Of a stretch of 64,000 nt of DNA, positions 28,322 to 38,330 are shown one piece after another. The stretch spans positions 128,001 through 192,000 of the forward strand of contig JBDLRP010000021.1 of NCBI GenBank assembly GCA_039799905.1, written 5' to 3'. A model generated the notes under the pieces. It saw nothing but the letters and a program-made list of their open reading frames with translations. It made no database searches and was not told the DNA's origin. Positions within the stretch are counted from its first letter, which is position 1, and the number at the start of each line of letters is the position of its first letter. Position numbers and translations under genes: made by a program. Source of the DNA: Pseudomonadota bacterium (lineage in GTDB: Bacteria; Bdellovibrionota_B; Oligoflexia; Silvanigrellales; Silvanigrellaceae).

Positions 28322-29010
28322 TAGACCGCTTGAACGTCATCCTGCTCTTCGAGCTTTTCAACGAGTTCGAGAGCATTTTTTGCGTTATCGCCCGACAGTG
28401 ACACACGAGTGTCCGGAATCATTTCCAATCCGGCCTTGTCAAATTGCAGTCCGCCTGCAACCAATGCATCGCGCACAGAGGCAAAACTGGTTGGATCGGT
28501 GTAGACGGTAGCAAAGCCATCTTCCACCACAACGTCGTCCGCTCCGGCATCGAGCGCCAGCTCCATGACTTTGTCTTCACTCACAGCAGTCAGTGCGATG
28601 TCGAGAACGCCCTTCTTTTTGAACATCCATGCAACCGAGCCCATTTCACCCATGTTGCCGCTGTTTTTGGTGAAAATCTTTCGTAACTCGGGATTGGTTC
28701 GGTTGCGGTTGTCGGTGAGAACCTCAACCAAAATTGCCGAACCACCCGGACCGTATCCCTCATAGGTGATTTCTTCGAAGGTCATACCCTCAAGTTCACC
28801 AGCACCCTTTTTGATTGCGCGCTCGATGACGTCCTTGGGCATGTTATTGTCACGCGCGCGATCGACGGCCAGACGCAGTTTCGAATTGAAGTTGGGATCA
28901 CTTCCGGTGCGTGCAGCCACCATAATTTCGCGTGCCAACTTTGTGAAAACTCTTCCGCGCGCAGCGGCGCTTGCGGCCATTCGACCTGCGACTGTAGCGT
29001 GACGACCCAT
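28297..29010 (-). CDS. yebC: YebC/PmpR family protein
   Basis: FTKLAREI, NMPKDVIERAIKKG, YEGYGPGG, TDNRNRT, DDVQAVYYN; start reassigned to the ATG at 29010. Confidence 0.93.
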   Translation of the reverse strand: MGRHATVAGRMAASAAARGRVFTKLAREIMVAARTGSDPNFNSKLRLAVDRARDNNMPKDVIERAIKKGAGELEGMTFEEITYEGYGPGGSAILVEVLTDNRNRTNPELRKIFTKNSGNMGEMGSVAWMFKKKGVLDIALTAVSEDKVMELALDAGADDVVVEDGFATVYTDPTSFASVRDALVAGGLQFDKAGLEMIPDTRVSLSGDNAKNALELVEKLEEQDDVQAVYYNFDVEG

Positions 29011-29253
29011 GCGAAACCTTCCTTTGATACAATTTAACGCACACGGTTGGGAAATTTCAGAAGGGAAGACTACTCCGCCGGCCGTTGCGATATCAAGTGG
29101 CGAAGAGATTCCTTGACCTGTGCGTTTCACGTAGTTGTTACAGCGATGACAGCCCGATGCCAAGAGTGCGACTTTGCCCCCCGCGCAAGTTCCGATAATC
29201 TTTGTCATACAATTCTGGCAGCACTCGCGTCTGCCAGCTCCAAAGGGGGCGTT

Positions 29254-30594
29254 ATGGGACAAAAGAAGCATAAAAACGGCACAGAACAGGCCGATCTTTC
29301 GGACGGAACACCGCGAGTCGCGGTGGTGGGAGCAGTGCGCACGCCATTCGTTCGTTCCTTCGGAGTCTTTGAGCGAGAAACACCGCTCGGACTCAGTCTT
29401 CGTCCGGCAACCGAGGTCATCGCTCGCAGCGGCGCAAACGCCGCCGACATTGACGAGGTGATTTGGGGTGCTGTGGTGCCGCAAACAAAGAACCCCAATA
29501 TCGCGCGCGACATCGTCCTCTTTGCAGGACTTCCAAAGTCTATCGCCGGCTATACGCTGAACCGTGCATGCGCAAGTTCATTGCAGGCAGTCCAGCTCGC
29601 GGCAGATGCGATCAAGTCCGGTCGAAACAAAATGGTTCTTGCGGGCGGAGTCGAGGTTCTCTCGGACGTGCCGATCACTTTTTCCGATGAAGCGCGCCGT
29701 TTTCTGACCCGCCTCTCACGCACAAAAAACATCAAAGAAAAGCTGATGATGCTTGGTGAATTTAATCCAAAAGCGTTTCTGCCGAAGCCACCCGCACTCG
29801 CGGAACCGTTTACCGGCTTCACGATGGGCGAGCACGGTGAGCAGATGGCCGTGAAGAACGACATCACAAGAGAACGGCAAGATGAACTCGCCATGCGCAG
29901 TCATCACCGCGCAGCAGCAGCCATTGAAAAAGGCTACTTGAAAGATGAGATTGTTCCGGTTTGGTCTGGTGCCAACAAAGAGAACTTTGTTGACGCCGAC
30001 AATCTTGTCCGTGCGGATACGTCCATCGAAGCGCTGGCAAAGCTCAAACCCGCCTTCGACAAACGAAACGGAACACTGACCGCAGGCAACTCGAGCGCGC
30101 TGACAGACGGCGCCTCTGCAGTCCTGCTGGCGAATGCCGACTACGCCGAGGCGCACAAACTTCCTATTCTTGGATATGTCGTTGATTCCGTGGCGGTCGC
30201 GGTGGATCCAAAAGATCAGCTTTTGATTGGCCCTGCATACGCGATTCCGAAGTTGCTTGCTCGCCACAATCTCAAGCTGTCGGACATCGGCGTGTTTGAA
30301 ATTCATGAGGCTTTTGCCGCACAGGTTCTCAGCTGCCTCGACGCAATGTCCAACACGCGTTTTTGTCAGGAAAAGCTTGGACTCGAAGGTGCTTACGGCG
30401 TGATTGACCCCAACAAAATGAACATCGACGGCGGTTCCATCGCATACGGGCATCCGTTTGGCGCCACCGGCGGCCGCCTTGTCGGCCGCGCCTTGAGAAT
30501 CGCACAGCGCACGGGCTCACGCTACGCGCTGGTCGCGATCTGTGCTGCCGGAGGAATGGGACAAGCCATGCTTCTTGAAGCGCCCCAACACTAA
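29254..30594 (+). CDS. fadI: 3-ketoacyl-CoA thiolase (FadI type)
   Basis: RTPF, NRACASS (catalytic Cys), EIHEAFAAQ, GGSIAYGHPFGATG, ICAAGGMG; paired with fadJ. Confidence 0.92.
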   Translation: MGQKKHKNGTEQADLSDGTPRVAVVGAVRTPFVRSFGVFERETPLGLSLRPATEVIARSGANAADIDEVIWGAVVPQTKNPNIARDIVLFAGLPKSIAGYTLNRACASSLQAVQLAADAIKSGRNKMVLAGGVEVLSDVPITFSDEARRFLTRLSRTKNIKEKLMMLGEFNPKAFLPKPPALAEPFTGFTMGEHGEQMAVKNDITRERQDELAMRSHHRAAAAIEKGYLKDEIVPVWSGANKENFVDADNLVRADTSIEALAKLKPAFDKRNGTLTAGNSSALTDGASAVLLANADYAEAHKLPILGYVVDSVAVAVDPKDQLLIGPAYAIPKLLARHNLKLSDIGVFEIHEAFAAQVLSCLDAMSNTRFCQEKLGLEGAYGVIDPNKMNIDGGSIAYGHPFGATGGRLVGRALRIAQRTGSRYALVAICAAGGMGQAMLLEAPQH

Positions 30595-30607
30595 AGGAAA
30601 CTGACAC

Positions 30608-32815
30608 ATGAACACTCCGATTCAATCGACAACAAAAACCCTGCGTGTTTCGTGGCAGGACAACGTCTGCATTGTCGACTTTCATGACGAATCAAAATCG
30701 ATGAACGCGTTCTCGCGCGACATTCTTGCCGACCTCGATCAAATTCTTGCTCAGGTGCTGGCAACTCCCAATATCGCCGGTCTCGTATTCACCTCTTCGA
30801 AGCCTGCGTGCTTTGCCGCAGGTGTCGACATCAGTATTTTTGATACTCTGACAACTCAGCAGGCGGGCGAGGAAGCATCGCGTGCCTTGCACAATGTCTT
30901 TCAAAAATTTGCCGACGCAAGTGTGCCGACTGTTGCGGCCATCAACGGCGTGTGTTTGGGCGGAGGCCTTGAATTGGCTCTGGCCTGCCATTATCGGATT
31001 TGTTCGTCGCATTCTTCCACGCAATTGGGCCTGCCCGAAATTCAGCTTGGTCTGCTCCCCGGTGGAGGCGGAACACAAAGATTGCCAAGGGTGATTGGTG
31101 TTGCACCTGCACTCGACCTGATTCTCACCGGCAAAAAAGTGGATCCCAAAAAAGCTCTGAAGCTCGGCTTGGTCAGTGAGGTTGTTCCCGAGAATCAACT
31201 TCTTCACAAGGCGGTCCAGCTTTGCAAGAATTCACAGCCCGTATCGCTCGATAAAAAACGATCGGCACTTGGTTTTCTGGGACAGATGAAAGTCGCCGAT
31301 GCGGGCAACATAGACATGCAAAAACTTGCGCTCGAAACAAACCCGATTGGCCGCACGATCATCGAGAGAAAAACACTCGAACAAATCGAAAAGAATACCA
31401 AAGGCTTTTATCCAGCGCCCAAAAAAGCTCTCGAAGCACTGATGAAGGGTATCAGCCGTCCGCTTGCCGAGGGGCTCAAAATAGAGGCCAAACTTTTTGG
31501 TGACTTGGTCGTCACGCCGGAAAGCCGCTCGCTCGTTCATATTTTCAGAATGATCACTGCAGCAAAAAAGAACCCCTTCGACGCCGATGCGCAAAAGGCC
31601 GCCCGCGAGACTGTGCTCGAACCATTGCAGGACGGAAGCACATTCGTCGGCATGCTCGGCGCGGGGCTGATGGGCAGCGGAATTGCAACTGTGCTCTCGG
31701 AGAAAAACATCCGCTGCGGCCTGCTTGACCGCGATGGAGCAGGACTGCAGCGCGGACTCAAAATGGTGCAGAGCTATTTCGATGATCGAATGCGCAAGCG
31801 CAGGATCAAGAAATTTGACCGTGACGCAGCCATGGGACGCGTGTTGCCGACAACATCGATGGAAAGTCTGAGCGGAGTGCCTTTTGTCATTGAAGCGGTA
31901 TTTGAGGACCTCGCAGTTAAACACGACATGCTTAAAAAATGCGAGGCAACCCTGCACAACGAAGACTTCATCTTTGCATCCAACACATCTAGTCTGCCAA
32001 TTTCGCGGATTGCAGCCGGAGCGCGGAAGCCGGAAAACGTGGTGGGCATGCACTTCTTTTCACCGGTCCCGAAAATGCCGCTGGTGGAGATCATCACAAC
32101 AGCAAAAACCTCTCCGAGAGCAGGCAGTGCCGCGTTCGAGATCGCCAACAAAATGGGGAAAAACATCATTGTCGTGAAAGATGGCCCCGGATTTTACACA
32201 ACCCGGATTCTCGCCTTCTTAATTGCAGAGGCTTTGAATATTCTCAGCGAGGGCGCAAGCATCGAATCTATTGACTCGGCCCTCGAAAAATTCGGCATGC
32301 CGGTGGGTCCGATCACGCTGCTTGACGAAGTGGGTATCGACGTTGGCGCGCACATTATAACGGTTCTCAATGAAGCATTCGCAGACCGGCTGCAGATACC
32401 GCCCGAGCTGTCGGCAATCATTGCCGAGGATCGCAAGGGACGCAAAAACGGCCGCGGGTTTTATACCTACGTCGACGGCAAAAAAGACAAGCCCGATGCG
32501 AGCGTCTACAAGCACCTCAAACACGGCGATGACCGCAAGCAATTCGACCAAAAAGACATTGCCGACAGGTGCATGTACGTCTTCATGAATGAGGCGGCGC
32601 GCTGCCTTGATGAAGGCATCATCGACAGCACCGACGTAGGCGACCTGGGCGCGATATTCGGGCTTGGATTCCCGCCCTTTCTCGGTGGCCCGTTCCATCA
32701 TGCCCAGCAAATTGGATATGCCCGTGTCTCGCAAACGCTGGCGCAAATGTCAGACAAATACGGAGCGCGTTTCGCACCGGCGGCGCACTGGGCAAGAGCT
32801 GCACGTTCGGGGTGA
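30608..32815 (+). CDS. fadJ: Fatty acid oxidation complex alpha subunit (enoyl-CoA hydratase / 3-hydroxyacyl-CoA dehydrogenase)
   Basis: LGGGLELALAC, GLPEIQLGLLPGGGGTQRLPR, GAGLMGSGIA, ASNTSSLPI, GMHFFSPV, GLGFPPFLGGPF. Confidence 0.94.
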   Translation: MNTPIQSTTKTLRVSWQDNVCIVDFHDESKSMNAFSRDILADLDQILAQVLATPNIAGLVFTSSKPACFAAGVDISIFDTLTTQQAGEEASRALHNVFQKFADASVPTVAAINGVCLGGGLELALACHYRICSSHSSTQLGLPEIQLGLLPGGGGTQRLPRVIGVAPALDLILTGKKVDPKKALKLGLVSEVVPENQLLHKAVQLCKNSQPVSLDKKRSALGFLGQMKVADAGNIDMQKLALETNPIGRTIIERKTLEQIEKNTKGFYPAPKKALEALMKGISRPLAEGLKIEAKLFGDLVVTPESRSLVHIFRMITAAKKNPFDADAQKAARETVLEPLQDGSTFVGMLGAGLMGSGIATVLSEKNIRCGLLDRDGAGLQRGLKMVQSYFDDRMRKRRIKKFDRDAAMGRVLPTTSMESLSGVPFVIEAVFEDLAVKHDMLKKCEATLHNEDFIFASNTSSLPISRIAAGARKPENVVGMHFFSPVPKMPLVEIITTAKTSPRAGSAAFEIANKMGKNIIVVKDGPGFYTTRILAFLIAEALNILSEGASIESIDSALEKFGMPVGPITLLDEVGIDVGAHIITVLNEAFADRLQIPPELSAIIAEDRKGRKNGRGFYTYVDGKKDKPDASVYKHLKHGDDRKQFDQKDIADRCMYVFMNEAARCLDEGIIDSTDVGDLGAIFGLGFPPFLGGPFHHAQQIGYARVSQTLAQMSDKYGARFAPAAHWARAARSG

Positions 32816-32916
32816 AACTGACGCTCCGAGCAGGGTGGCTGCGGGAATGAGGCAGGTGTTCCGATACCGAAAGCGGAAATGGCAAATGTGTCAGTGAATT
32901 CAGATGGAGTTGAATC

Positions 32917-33927
32917 GTGCTGTTGAGATATTCACGACATAGATTAATACGCCGGGCACTGGCGGGCTGCGCGCTGGCAATAGCCGCGACTGCCTGCGAG
33001 ACTCCACCAACGCAGGTAAACACCGCCGTTCCTATTACATGGGGCGAGGGTGGGTCTCTTAAACTGGCACCACAGTCGGACATGGGCGCAAACCCGTGGC
33101 GAAAGATTGTCGTCCTCAGCCGCGGTGTGCTGACCATCGGGCTGCAGTCGCACACTAATGCGGGGCAGGTAAGGCTCAACGTGCGCAGTGAAAATGGCCG
33201 TCGCAGCATTTTTCAAAAAGACATCGAGCTCGCGCCGAAGTCGCCCGTGAACGTGACTCTCAATGTTGACGCCGGAACATATTTTATGGTCCTCGAACCA
33301 CTGCAGGAGCAACTCCTGAACGTTGCCATAGCAGCACGTTTCCAGCCCGAAGATCCCGATGCTTTGTCCGGCCCAGACAAGAGCCGTGAGGGAGCACAGC
33401 TGCTCGTCAACGCGCAAGCAAAAGAGGGAGCGGTCAGCTACCGCGACAGCAACCGGACTGACTGGTACAAATACGACGTCGCAACCTCCGAAACGCTCAA
33501 ATTCAGATTCCAGACTTCAGAACAAACCAGAGGCGTTCGTGCCGAGTGCATTACCCCGACCGGACTGAGTTTCGAACTGACGGGACAGGACAAATTGGTC
33601 GTGCGTGAACCAGGCAGCGTCTGGGTTCGCGTTTATGCCGAACAAGCCGATTCAGGCGGAGGATATAAAATCTCTGCGGAAAGCTCGCCGATGGTCGGCA
33701 GCGAACGCAAGGGAATCATCCTCAAATACAATTCAAATACCGCGACCATCAACATGGGAACCGACGACGGTGTCCGCGAAGGATTGAAGGGCTACGTGCA
33801 ACGTCCTGACGGCGGACTGATTGATTTTGTGATCGAAAAAGCCCTGCACAGAAGCTCGACTGCCAGATCCAAAAACAACTTCGCTGAAGTCGATTTGAAT
33901 CTGACAGTCCATTTCGAGAAAAACTAA
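32917..33927 (+). CDS. Hypothetical lipoprotein with beta-sandwich (PPC-like) domains
   Basis: Lipobox ATA-C; GAVSYRDSNRTDWYKY PPC-like motif; C-terminal INMGTDDGVREG motif. Confidence 0.55.
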   Translation: MLLRYSRHRLIRRALAGCALAIAATACETPPTQVNTAVPITWGEGGSLKLAPQSDMGANPWRKIVVLSRGVLTIGLQSHTNAGQVRLNVRSENGRRSIFQKDIELAPKSPVNVTLNVDAGTYFMVLEPLQEQLLNVAIAARFQPEDPDALSGPDKSREGAQLLVNAQAKEGAVSYRDSNRTDWYKYDVATSETLKFRFQTSEQTRGVRAECITPTGLSFELTGQDKLVVREPGSVWVRVYAEQADSGGGYKISAESSPMVGSERKGIILKYNSNTATINMGTDDGVREGLKGYVQRPDGGLIDFVIEKALHRSSTARSKNNFAEVDLNLTVHFEKN

Positions 33928-34596
33928 TCAGTCGATTTTTGCAGACTCAATCACAATCGGAGTGACGGGAACATCGCCGTGCATACCAAAGTTTGATGTC
34001 TTGCTCTTGGCAATAGTGTCAACCACTGCCATGCCGTCGGTGACCTTTCCAAAAACGGTGTAACCGCCATTGTTCGGGAAATCGAGATACGGGTTGTCGA
34101 CCAAGTTGATGAAGAATTGCGCCGTCGCCGAGTTGGGATCAGCTGTACGCGCCATGGCGAGCGTTCCGCGGACATTCTTCAAGCCATTTGAGGCCTCAGA
34201 CTTGACCGGTGCCTTGGTTGATTTCTGGGTCATCTTTTCATCGAATCCGCCGCCTTGAATCATGAACTTGTCGATCACGCGGTGGAAAATAGTCTTGTCG
34301 TAGTGACCTGCCTTCACATAGCCGACAAAGTTTTCGACTGTGGCCGGTGCTTTTTCCTTGTCGAGTTCGATCTTGATTGTTCCCTTGTTGGTGACCATCG
34401 TCACCATCACAACTGCTGGATTCACTTTCTTCACCTCTTTCGTTTTGCTCTTTTCCTTCTTGACTTCTTTGGCTGCCTTTTTTCCGGAGCCGTCCGGACT
34501 TTGCTCGGTCTTTTGCTCATTTGCAAACGCAACTGCGGCAAAGAGCATGCTGCCCGCAATCACAACCGACTTTGAAAACACTCTTCTTGAAAGCAT
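33928..34596 (-). CDS. Periplasmic cyclophilin-type peptidyl-prolyl isomerase
   Basis: AAGGAGG RBS, signal peptide, FHRVIDKFMIQGGG, GTLAMART, AQFFIN, YTVFGKV. Confidence 0.95.
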   Translation of the reverse strand: MLSRRVFSKSVVIAGSMLFAAVAFANEQKTEQSPDGSGKKAAKEVKKEKSKTKEVKKVNPAVVMVTMVTNKGTIKIELDKEKAPATVENFVGYVKAGHYDKTIFHRVIDKFMIQGGGFDEKMTQKSTKAPVKSEASNGLKNVRGTLAMARTADPNSATAQFFINLVDNPYLDFPNNGGYTVFGKVTDGMAVVDTIAKSKTSNFGMHGDVPVTPIVIESAKID

Positions 34597-34660
34597 GAAA
34601 TCCTCCTTGGTTTTCACTCAATCTACCGCTTCACAATGAAAGCAGGGAATGTGCGATCCA

Positions 34661-36607
34661 TCAATTCTGATTGACGTCAATTCCCCAAAATACGCCACAT
34701 TCCTCTTTGACCAGCGCGGCAAAAGCCTGCGGTGACATGGCCTCACGATTCTTGCCGTCGCGGAAACGTGGAGTCACCGTTCTGTGTTCAACTTCTTTGT
34801 CGCCAATCACAAGCATGTATGGAATCTTGCTGACCTGCGCCTCGCGAACTTTGGCTGACAGAGTGTCGTTGCTGAAGTCGGTGTCAACACGTACACCCGC
34901 AGCAAAGAGCTGCTGGCGCACTTGCTCGCCCCACTCCACGCAAGACTCTTTCACTGTCACGATGCGCGCTTGAAGCGGCGTAAGACCGAGCGGAAAATGT
35001 CCTGCGGTGTGTTCGATGAAGACGCCCATAAAGCGTTCGACGGAACCGAGAACTGCGCGGTGAATCATCACCGGCACCTCAGGTTTGTTGCCTGCCGAAA
35101 CGTAAGAAGCTCCAAGCCTGCCCGCTGTCTGGAAGTCGAGCTGAATCGTCGCGCACTGATGAAACCGGCCGATGGCATCCTTGACCTTGATGTCGATTTT
35201 GGGACCGTAAAAGGCCCCGTCTCCCGGGTTCAGAATGTAGTCGATTCCCTCGCCTTTGAGCGCCTCGACGAGCGCATTCTCGGCGGTGTCCCACAACTCT
35301 TCCGCACCGACGCGCTTTTCGGGACGCGTCGAAAGATAAAATCTGACCTCTTCAAACGTCAGGTCGCGATAGGCCTCGCGCACAAAGCGCAGGGCGAGCT
35401 TCATCTCATTTTGAATTTGATCGGGTGTGCAAAAGATATGTCCATCGTCCTGCGTAATCCTGCGCACACGTGTTAGTCCGTGGACTGTTCCGCTCAACTC
35501 GTTGCGGTGCACAACGCCAAATTCGGCATAGCGCAGCGGCAGCTCGCGATAGCTGCGAAGTCCGGTCTGGAAGACCTTGACGTGCGCCGGACAGCTCATC
35601 GGCTTGATTGCATACTGCTGCTCATCGACTTCCGTGAAGTACATATTTTCGCGGTAGTTGTCGTAGTGACCGCTCATCTTCCAAAGGTCGACGTTCATCA
35701 CCTGCGGCGTGTGGATCTCGCGGAAACCGAACTCTGCCTGCTTCCGGCGGATATAATTTTGCAGCAGCACAAACAGCTTTGCACCGTTGGGTAAAAAGAA
35801 CGGTGCGCCGACCGCAGATTCAGGGATCAACGCGAAGAGTTCCAACTGACGGCCGAGCAGAACGTGGTCGCGTTTTTTGGCTTCCTCGAGCATGTGCAGA
35901 TAGGCGTCGAGATCTTTTTTGTTGGCCCAAGCGGTTCCATAAATGCGCGTCAGCTGATCGTTGTCTTTGTTGGCACGCCAATAGGCTCCGGCAATGCTCA
36001 TCAGCTTGAATGCACCCAGCTTGCCGGTGCTCGGCACGTGAGGACCGCGGCAGAGGTCGCCCCAGCCGCCCATTTCATAAATTTTAATCGCCTGATCAGC
36101 CGGAATATCCTGCACAATTTCAGCTTTGAACTTTTCGCCTAGCTTGAGGAAATGTTGCGTCGCCTCATCACGCGAGACAACCCGCGGCGCGACTTTGAAG
36201 TCTTTGGCGACAATCTCCTGCATCTTTTTTTCGATTGCCTCAAAATCGTTTGAACTGATTTTGATGCCCTCGGGAGGCTTCACGTCGTAATAAAACTGGT
36301 TCTCGACCACCGGACCGATGGTGATTTGCGTCCCCGGGAAAACGTCTTGAATTGCCATTGCCATCAGGTGCGCCGTGGAGTGACGAATCACTTCAAGACC
36401 TTCTTGAGAATTTGCGACGACAATTTCAACCTTCTCGCCTCCGTTGAGCGGAGCGCTGAGGTCGGACAACTGGCCGTTGATCTTTCCGGCCACCGCGCTG
36501 CGTGCCAGACCGGGGCCGATGTTGGCGGCAAGGTCCGCAATTGTGCAGGGTGACGGCAATGAGCGTGTCGAGCCATCGGGAAGTGAAACGCTGATCTGTG
36601 TGCTCAA
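34661..36607 (-). CDS. thrS: Threonine-tRNA ligase
   Basis: TGS domain, HSTAHLMA, DLCRGPH, KPMSCPAH, GDGAFYGPKID, MIHRAVLGSVERF; TTG start with GGAGG RBS. Confidence 0.98.
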   Translation of the reverse strand: MSTQISVSLPDGSTRSLPSPCTIADLAANIGPGLARSAVAGKINGQLSDLSAPLNGGEKVEIVVANSQEGLEVIRHSTAHLMAMAIQDVFPGTQITIGPVVENQFYYDVKPPEGIKISSNDFEAIEKKMQEIVAKDFKVAPRVVSRDEATQHFLKLGEKFKAEIVQDIPADQAIKIYEMGGWGDLCRGPHVPSTGKLGAFKLMSIAGAYWRANKDNDQLTRIYGTAWANKKDLDAYLHMLEEAKKRDHVLLGRQLELFALIPESAVGAPFFLPNGAKLFVLLQNYIRRKQAEFGFREIHTPQVMNVDLWKMSGHYDNYRENMYFTEVDEQQYAIKPMSCPAHVKVFQTGLRSYRELPLRYAEFGVVHRNELSGTVHGLTRVRRITQDDGHIFCTPDQIQNEMKLALRFVREAYRDLTFEEVRFYLSTRPEKRVGAEELWDTAENALVEALKGEGIDYILNPGDGAFYGPKIDIKVKDAIGRFHQCATIQLDFQTAGRLGASYVSAGNKPEVPVMIHRAVLGSVERFMGVFIEHTAGHFPLGLTPLQARIVTVKESCVEWGEQVRQQLFAAGVRVDTDFSNDTLSAKVREAQVSKIPYMLVIGDKEVEHRTVTPRFRDGKNREAMSPQAFAALVKEECGVFWGIDVNQN

Positions 36608-36624
36608 AAGACAGTCCTCCGGAC

Positions 36625-36656
36625 AAACAAATGCTGGAACAGGCAGCCAATGGTTT
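36625..36656 (-). promoter_or_regulatory. Candidate tRNA-Thr anticodon-mimic translational operator
   Basis: Minus-strand stem GCUG/CAGC closing a 7-nt loop CCUGUUC with UGU centred at -34..-32 from the thrS start. Confidence 0.45.
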
Positions 36657-36730
36657 ATGACAGGGACAAGCGGCGCGCAATAAGCGCAGCGGATGATCCC
36701 CGCGGAGGGATGGGGAAGCTGATTGCGCTC

Positions 36731-37204
36731 TTACGTTTGCTTCATCTTTTTGAGCAGCAAACTGCGATGCCTGTCCAGCAGCCCTTCCAACTGCCCGATC
36801 TGCTGATCATCGAACCAACCCACCTCCAAAATTTCGCTCGATTGCAAAACCCAAAGCTCGGAAGTGTCGGATGTCACCCGAACTCCGGCCTCGTATATAA
36901 GTTCAAGCATCGGGAATTTCGCGCTTACGCAGGAGTCTACTAACATTAATGGCAAGTCTGCTTCCTGACACTGCCAGCGCAGCTCTTCTGCAAGCTCGCG
37001 GCGCAGTCCTGCTTCAGGTACTTCGGGCCACGTGACAAGGCCGCCCGGAAGGCCCCATGGGCGCACGCGGCCGCGGTGCTTGAGAAGGCAAATGCGTCCT
37101 TGTGGGTCGCGCAGGAGAACCAGACAGCCAACAGTCCAACGTGGCCCGAACCAACGCAACCAGAAACGCGTAAAAAATGCATTTATTTGACGCAAAAAAA
37201 TCAT
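36731..37204 (-). CDS. NUDIX hydrolase
   Basis: WGLPGGLVTWPEVPEAGLRRELAEEL Nudix box. Confidence 0.85.
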   Translation of the reverse strand: MIFLRQINAFFTRFWLRWFGPRWTVGCLVLLRDPQGRICLLKHRGRVRPWGLPGGLVTWPEVPEAGLRRELAEELRWQCQEADLPLMLVDSCVSAKFPMLELIYEAGVRVTSDTSELWVLQSSEILEVGWFDDQQIGQLEGLLDRHRSLLLKKMKQT

Positions 37205-37371
37205 ACCTTCCCCGACCAACCGAGCGGAATCGAACCTGAAACGGTTGCGCGGTTTTGCGGGACAAAAACATGCAACGCAACAGAGGACTCGTAGACACTG
37301 AATTGATTCGTCCTAGTTTACCATGTAAACCAAGGGTCCCGTGTCAATCATGAATTTGCGGAGGTCTTCGC

Positions 37372-38325
37372 ATGGACTCATCTCGTCTCGTTTTGCTTTT
37401 TCCCGGCCAAGGTAGTCAGTCCATTGGCATGGGTCGGGAACTGGCCGACAACTTTTCAGAGTATCGCGAGGCACTCACCGAAGCGTCGGATGCCCTCGGC
37501 TATTCGATGGAAAAGCTTTGTTTCGAGGACACTCAAAAGCAACTCAATCTGACTGAATTCACCCAGCCGGCTTTGTTGGCCAGCAGCGTCGCAACCTATC
37601 GAGTTCTCAAGGCCCGCGCACAACTGGGGTCGCCCTTGGCTGTCGCCGGACATAGCCTCGGCGAATACTCGGCGCTCGTTTGTGCAGGCGCAATTGGTTT
37701 TGCGGATGCGCTGAAAGCAGTGCGTTTCCGCGGACAGGCGATGCAGCGGGCAGTGCCCGTGGGTGTCGGCGCCATGGCAGCCTACGTCGGGACGCAGGTC
37801 GAAAAGATCGTTGCGATTTGCCGTGAGATTAGCACTCCGGCGCAGTGCGTTGAACCAGTCAACTTCAATTCACGCTCGCAAGTCGTCCTTAGCGGACACA
37901 AGAATGCTGTCGATGCAATTGTTGCGCGCATCGGTGCGGAAAAACTCGGTCGCGGCCTGCCCTTGCCCGTCAGCGCACCCTTCCACTCAAGCCTGATGCA
38001 ACCAGCAGCACGGGAAATGCAGGACTACCTTGAGACTGTAGCGATGAACGCCCTGACTTCCCCCATTTATGCCAACGTAGATGCGAAAAAATATTCGGCT
38101 GGGGAATACTCACGCCTGCACCTCGTAAAGCAGATCGCCAGTGCGGTTTTGTGGACACAAACCCTCGACGGGATTGCAGCCACCGAACAACCCACTCTGT
38201 GGTTGGAAGTTGGGCCGGGCACCGTTTTGCAGGGGCTTTGCAAGAAAACTCTCGACAATGCCGCAACAGCAGGTACACAGGACGCTGAAGCGGTGAAATC
38301 CGTCCTGAGTGCATTCGGAGCCTGA
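37372..38325 (+). CDS. fabD: Malonyl-CoA:ACP transacylase
   Basis: FPGQGSQ, TQPAL, GHSLGEYSA, LPVSAPFHSSLM, EVGPG. Confidence 0.97.
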   Translation: MDSSRLVLLFPGQGSQSIGMGRELADNFSEYREALTEASDALGYSMEKLCFEDTQKQLNLTEFTQPALLASSVATYRVLKARAQLGSPLAVAGHSLGEYSALVCAGAIGFADALKAVRFRGQAMQRAVPVGVGAMAAYVGTQVEKIVAICREISTPAQCVEPVNFNSRSQVVLSGHKNAVDAIVARIGAEKLGRGLPLPVSAPFHSSLMQPAAREMQDYLETVAMNALTSPIYANVDAKKYSAGEYSRLHLVKQIASAVLWTQTLDGIAATEQPTLWLEVGPGTVLQGLCKKTLDNAATAGTQDAEAVKSVLSAFGA

Positions 38326-38330
38326 CAAAC

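Noticed and set aside
29011..29484. Long N-terminal extensions in the ORF track for yebC (to 29484) and fadI (from 29047); likewise fahA (to 20581) and mglA (from 8606)
   Set aside because: The extensions overlap neighbouring genes, lack homology-like sequence, and better starts exist downstream
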